From NCBI RefSeq assembly GCF_030028105.1, contig NC_092376.1, positions 35,016,935 through 35,080,934 of the forward strand: DNA of 64,000 bases. Direction: 5' to 3'. Both the position numbers and the translations under genes were made by a program. This document shows positions 60,400 to 64,000 of the stretch, in pieces (position 1 is the stretch's first letter; each line of letters opens with the position of its first letter). The notes under the pieces were generated by a model that saw only the letters and a list, made by a program, of their open reading frames with translations, made no database searches and was not told where the DNA came from. This DNA is from Mobula birostris (taxonomy: Eukaryota).

Positions 60400-61040
60400 T
60401 GATTAAGGGTTGGTTTGTTATTGTCACATGTATAGAGGTCCAGTGAAAATACCCGTACTTAGTTTTGCATGCCATCCATACAGATCATTTCAGCACATTA
60501 GTGCATTGGGGAAGTACAAGAGAAAAGAATACCGGAATGTAGAATTAAGTTTTACAGTTACAGAGGAAGTGCGGTGCAGACAAACGATAAGGTGAAAGTC
60601 ATAGCAAGGTCAAGAGTCTGTTTCATCGTACGAGTGGACCAACTGTTCAAAAGTCTTATAACGTGAGAATAGACGCTGCCCTTGAACCTGATGGTATATG
60701 CTTACAGGCTTTTGTATCTTTTGTCTGATGGGATGGGATGGGGTGGGGTGGGGTGGGGTGGGGGAGATAGAATAGTCGGAGTGAATAGGGTCTGTGATAA
60801 TATTGGCTATTTTATTGAGGCACCGAGAAGTGCAGACAATCCGTGGAGAGGAGGCTGGTTTCTGTGATGTGCTGAGCCGTGTCCACAACTCTGTGCAGTT
60901 TCTTGTTGTCCTAAGCAAAGCAGAGTGGCTGCAATACCAATCTGTGATGCATCAGAATAGGATGCTTCACTCACAACACGCTGGAGGAACTCATAGGATA
61001 GGATGCTTTCTCCGGTACATCTATAAAAAATGGCGAGGGT
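60400..61040 (-). mobile_element. Rex1/Babar-like LINE 3' fragment
   Basis: Similar to the 3' parts of 8200-8690 and 43580-44100. Boundaries approximate. Confidence 0.7.
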
Positions 61041-61539
61041 GAAAGAGGAATGTTATAGAGTTCTCATTTTGGTTCTGATGTACAAAAAAAAAGACAGATA
61101 AGGAAGTAAGGCCAAATAAGCATATCGGTTAACTAATACGAGGCGATTAAAAGAGATAATGGGCAAGTACTGTACTCAGGTTGGGAGGAAAGGAACTGTG
61201 TGCTGGGGCTGCAAGAAATCACAGTTTTCATAAGATGTGTGGATAATGGCTTAATAAAACAGATGTCCAAGTTTGTTCATGATGCCTCAGTGCAGTATTG
61301 AGAAACAGATGCACCATCAGATAGCAATGATTGTCAATAGTAGGGCATTAAGAAAAATCAGAACTAATGTTGTATTCTGTTTATTTTTTTGGAAATTTCG
61401 TAGTAAATGAGATGGTTGAAGGGGAACTTGCAAATATGTTGTGTTAGATTGTTATTTGAAAAAACGAAAGTTAAGAGCTTAGGGCATTCGAGGGTAATGT
61501 ATTACTATGCAAAGACGTCTGGTTGACGAAAAAAACACC

Positions 61540-61772
61540 TGATTTCACCTATCACCTACCAGCTTTTACTCCTTCTCCTCTTCCCACCTTCTTATTCCCG
61601 GTTTCTTCCCCCTCCCTTTCCAATCCTGATGAAGGGTCTTGGCCCAAAATGTCGACTGTTTATTCCTCTCCATAGATTCTGCCTGATGTGCTGAGTTCCT
61701 CCAGGATTGCTCAGAATTATGTGTGAATTTTGTGTTGATCTGGATTTCCAGCAGCTGCAAAATCTCTTGTGT
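61540..61772 (+). mobile_element. Penelope pLTR fragment with mutated hammerhead
   Basis: AATCCTGATGAAGGGTCTTGGCCCAAAATGTCGACTG...TTTCCAGCAGCTGCA. Confidence 0.78.
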
Positions 61773-62369
61773 CCACCAGAACTGTGTATTCTGAGTTGTA
61801 TATTGAAGGAAAGATATATTTGCATTGAAGGCAGTTTTAAAAAGATTCATTGATAAGTTGATTGCAGGATATCAGAGATGTCTGCCAACAATTGGATCAG
61901 CCATGATCTCATTGAATGGTGGTCCAGACTCAAGGGACTATATGGCCTACTCTTGATCTTATTTCATATATTTATTGCTTTTTTTGTTTTCTTGCTGTAT
62001 AATGTGAAACCATTCTTTCTGATCTAAAATGTAATTATTATTGTAGTTATTTGTAAAAGGGCTAAACTTCTATTCAGACCTAGATATTTATATTTACAGT
62101 GCTTCCAATCATGTCAGCAGGCCTTTTGGCTAAAAATGAAAGATTGTAAATACTCTAATGTTAAATGAAACACTTTTTCAAATTGAAGGGAGTGAAATAT
62201 TTTGCTTACAATAGACAAATAAATTGTGTAGAAATCAGACCTTTGGATATTACTATACATTTAAAACATAGGGATAGTTTAAAACAAAGTTACATGCAAT
62301 TTGGGATTAATATTAATCAATGAGTTATGATGTTACACCTTAGATGTATTTACATTTCATTTACATTGG

Positions 62370-63085
62370 TCAAGTCATACAGTAGAGAGACAGGCTATTC
62401 AGGCCATTATGTCTATGCTGACTAAGTATCCATCTATACTGATCCCATTTACCAACACTAGGTGCATAGGCTTTTATGCCTTGGCAATTTAAGTTCTTGC
62501 CCAGGTACTCAGAGTGATGGAATCATAGAGCAACACAGTACAGATACAGGCTCTTCGCCCCACTGAGTCAACGCTGACCATGGTGCCCACCCATCTCGTC
62601 CCAATTTTCTGGATTGGGCTCAGATCTGCCTGTTTCTCACCCTTGCATGTACGTGTGTATCCAAGTGCTTCTTAAATTATACTATTGTAAGTATACTTAA
62701 GTCTCTCTTAAATTTTTCTCCTTTCATGCTTCTCTTCCCTACTCCCCTACTCTAGGAAAAAGACTGATACTATCAGCTTTTCTATGTCCCCCACGATTTT
62801 ATAAACCCCTGTAAGGCCCATTCTCCTACCCTCCAAGGAATGAAGACCTGGCCTGGTAAACCTCTCCCTATAACTCAGGCCCTCTAGTCCTGGCAACATC
62901 CTCAGAAATCTTACCTGCACTCTTTCCAGTTTATCCATGTCTTCCCTAAAACAGTACACAATACTTAAAGCATGACCTCACCCACAACTTATACAACAGC
63001 AGCATAATGTCCCAACTCCTACACTCAATGCCCTGACTTAATATGTTTTTCACTCCACCCCATCTCCCTGTGATCCCGTTTTAAA
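62370..63085 (-). mobile_element. Old CR1 3' fragments
   Basis: LERVQVRFLRMLPGLEGLSYRERF. Confidence 0.7.
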
Positions 63086-64000
63086 TGTTTTTCGAGTACT
63101 TACCTTCTCAGACAGTGCATTCACCTTTTCATCTCTTATAACACTCTCACTCCTCACCTTAAACTTATACCTCTGTTATAGATATTCTGACTATTGAAAG
63201 GCAAAGAACAATACAAATCATCATTTAAATGTTCTGGAATAAAGCATCACTCTTCTCAGTTTTGCCTCCACATTACCTAGATGAGCACATTTTTAGACTA
63301 ATATTTCATTACAGTACTGAGGAACAGATGCACCAGAGGAGAGCTGGCCTTCCCCAGGATTAGAACTGTGATGCCATCTGTCTCCCCAGATGGATATAAA
63401 AGATCTTAAGGCACTATTGAAAGAAAAGCTTCAAAGATTATGCTGGCAAATACTTAACCCTGAATCATCAATAAATTTAAGCCACCGCTGTTTGAGTTTT
63501 TATTTTCTGCAACTGCATATCCTCCAAAATACTGAATTGTCTGCACACCCCAACATTGTAAAGTTGCTTTATAAATGTACTTTGAAATGCCTTTTGCTTT
63601 CATTATGAAGGGAGCTTCAATACTTTTAGTGAGTACAGCTTATTAACCTCCAAAAACAGCTAGAATGCGTCAAATGGGAATTCCATTTCAAAAACAAATA
63701 TTGGATAAAGACTGTATGTTGGTTTACTTAAATGAGTGTAAAAGGATGATGTATTTATTTAACTATCGATTTGTAGCTGAATCATTCTGGCCAAAGATCC
63801 CATATGTAAATACCTAATTAGTGAGAAAACGTCGTAATTACTTAACCATTGTAGCTGTAAACATTCCACAGTGTTCTTTTGATGCAGTAACAGAGTTTTT
63901 CCCGTATAGTCAGCATCAAAACATTGTACTTATTTTCAAAGAAACGAGAGTTTCAATTTGACCGTCTGTTACCGTTTGCAACTAATTAATATTTCGTTCT

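Noticed and set aside
60725-60765. GGGAT/GGGGT G-rich run (G-quadruplex-like)
   Set aside because: Short simple-repeat expansion inside a decayed LINE, with no sign of function.
1-64000. CRISPR arrays, operons, rRNA, bona fide tRNA genes
   Set aside because: None seen. The DNA is intron-containing vertebrate sequence, and the tRNA-like stretches are SINE heads or primer-binding sites.

Overview
Vertebrate genomic DNA, not microbial. The repeat landscape (CR1, Rex1/Babar, Penelope with hammerheads, V-SINEs, Tc1) points to a cartilaginous fish, probably a ray; this is an inference. Three host genes could be assembled exon by exon with consistent splice sites and phases: the last six coding exons of ALG5 (+, 232-19672), complete RFXAP (-, 3 exons, 219 aa) and complete cyclin A1 CCNA1 (-, 8 coding exons, 420 aa, one GC-AG intron). 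This matches the human 13q13 block ALG5-SMAD9-RFXAP-SERTM1-CCNA1, but no SMAD9 coding exon is visible and SERTM1 survives at most as a decayed relic. Roughly half the window is nested transposon sequence. The most striking item is a complete LTR retrotransposon (46725-50889: paired LTRs, CTAT target-site duplication, tRNA-Pro-like PBS). Its gag/pol is fragmented, and it carries an intronless, frame-preserved ~560-nt piece of sarcomeric myosin heavy chain rod most like MYH16, which looks like captured host mRNA. Other highlights are Penelope elements with fold-back architecture and minimal hammerhead ribozymes (from 3 kb down to a 190-bp hairpin), a CCNA2-style CCAAT-CDE-CHR module upstream of CCNA1, and a perfect 37-bp palindrome at an L1 5' junction. 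Homology calls rest on remembered sequences, and no searches were run. Repeat boundaries without a TSD are approximate.
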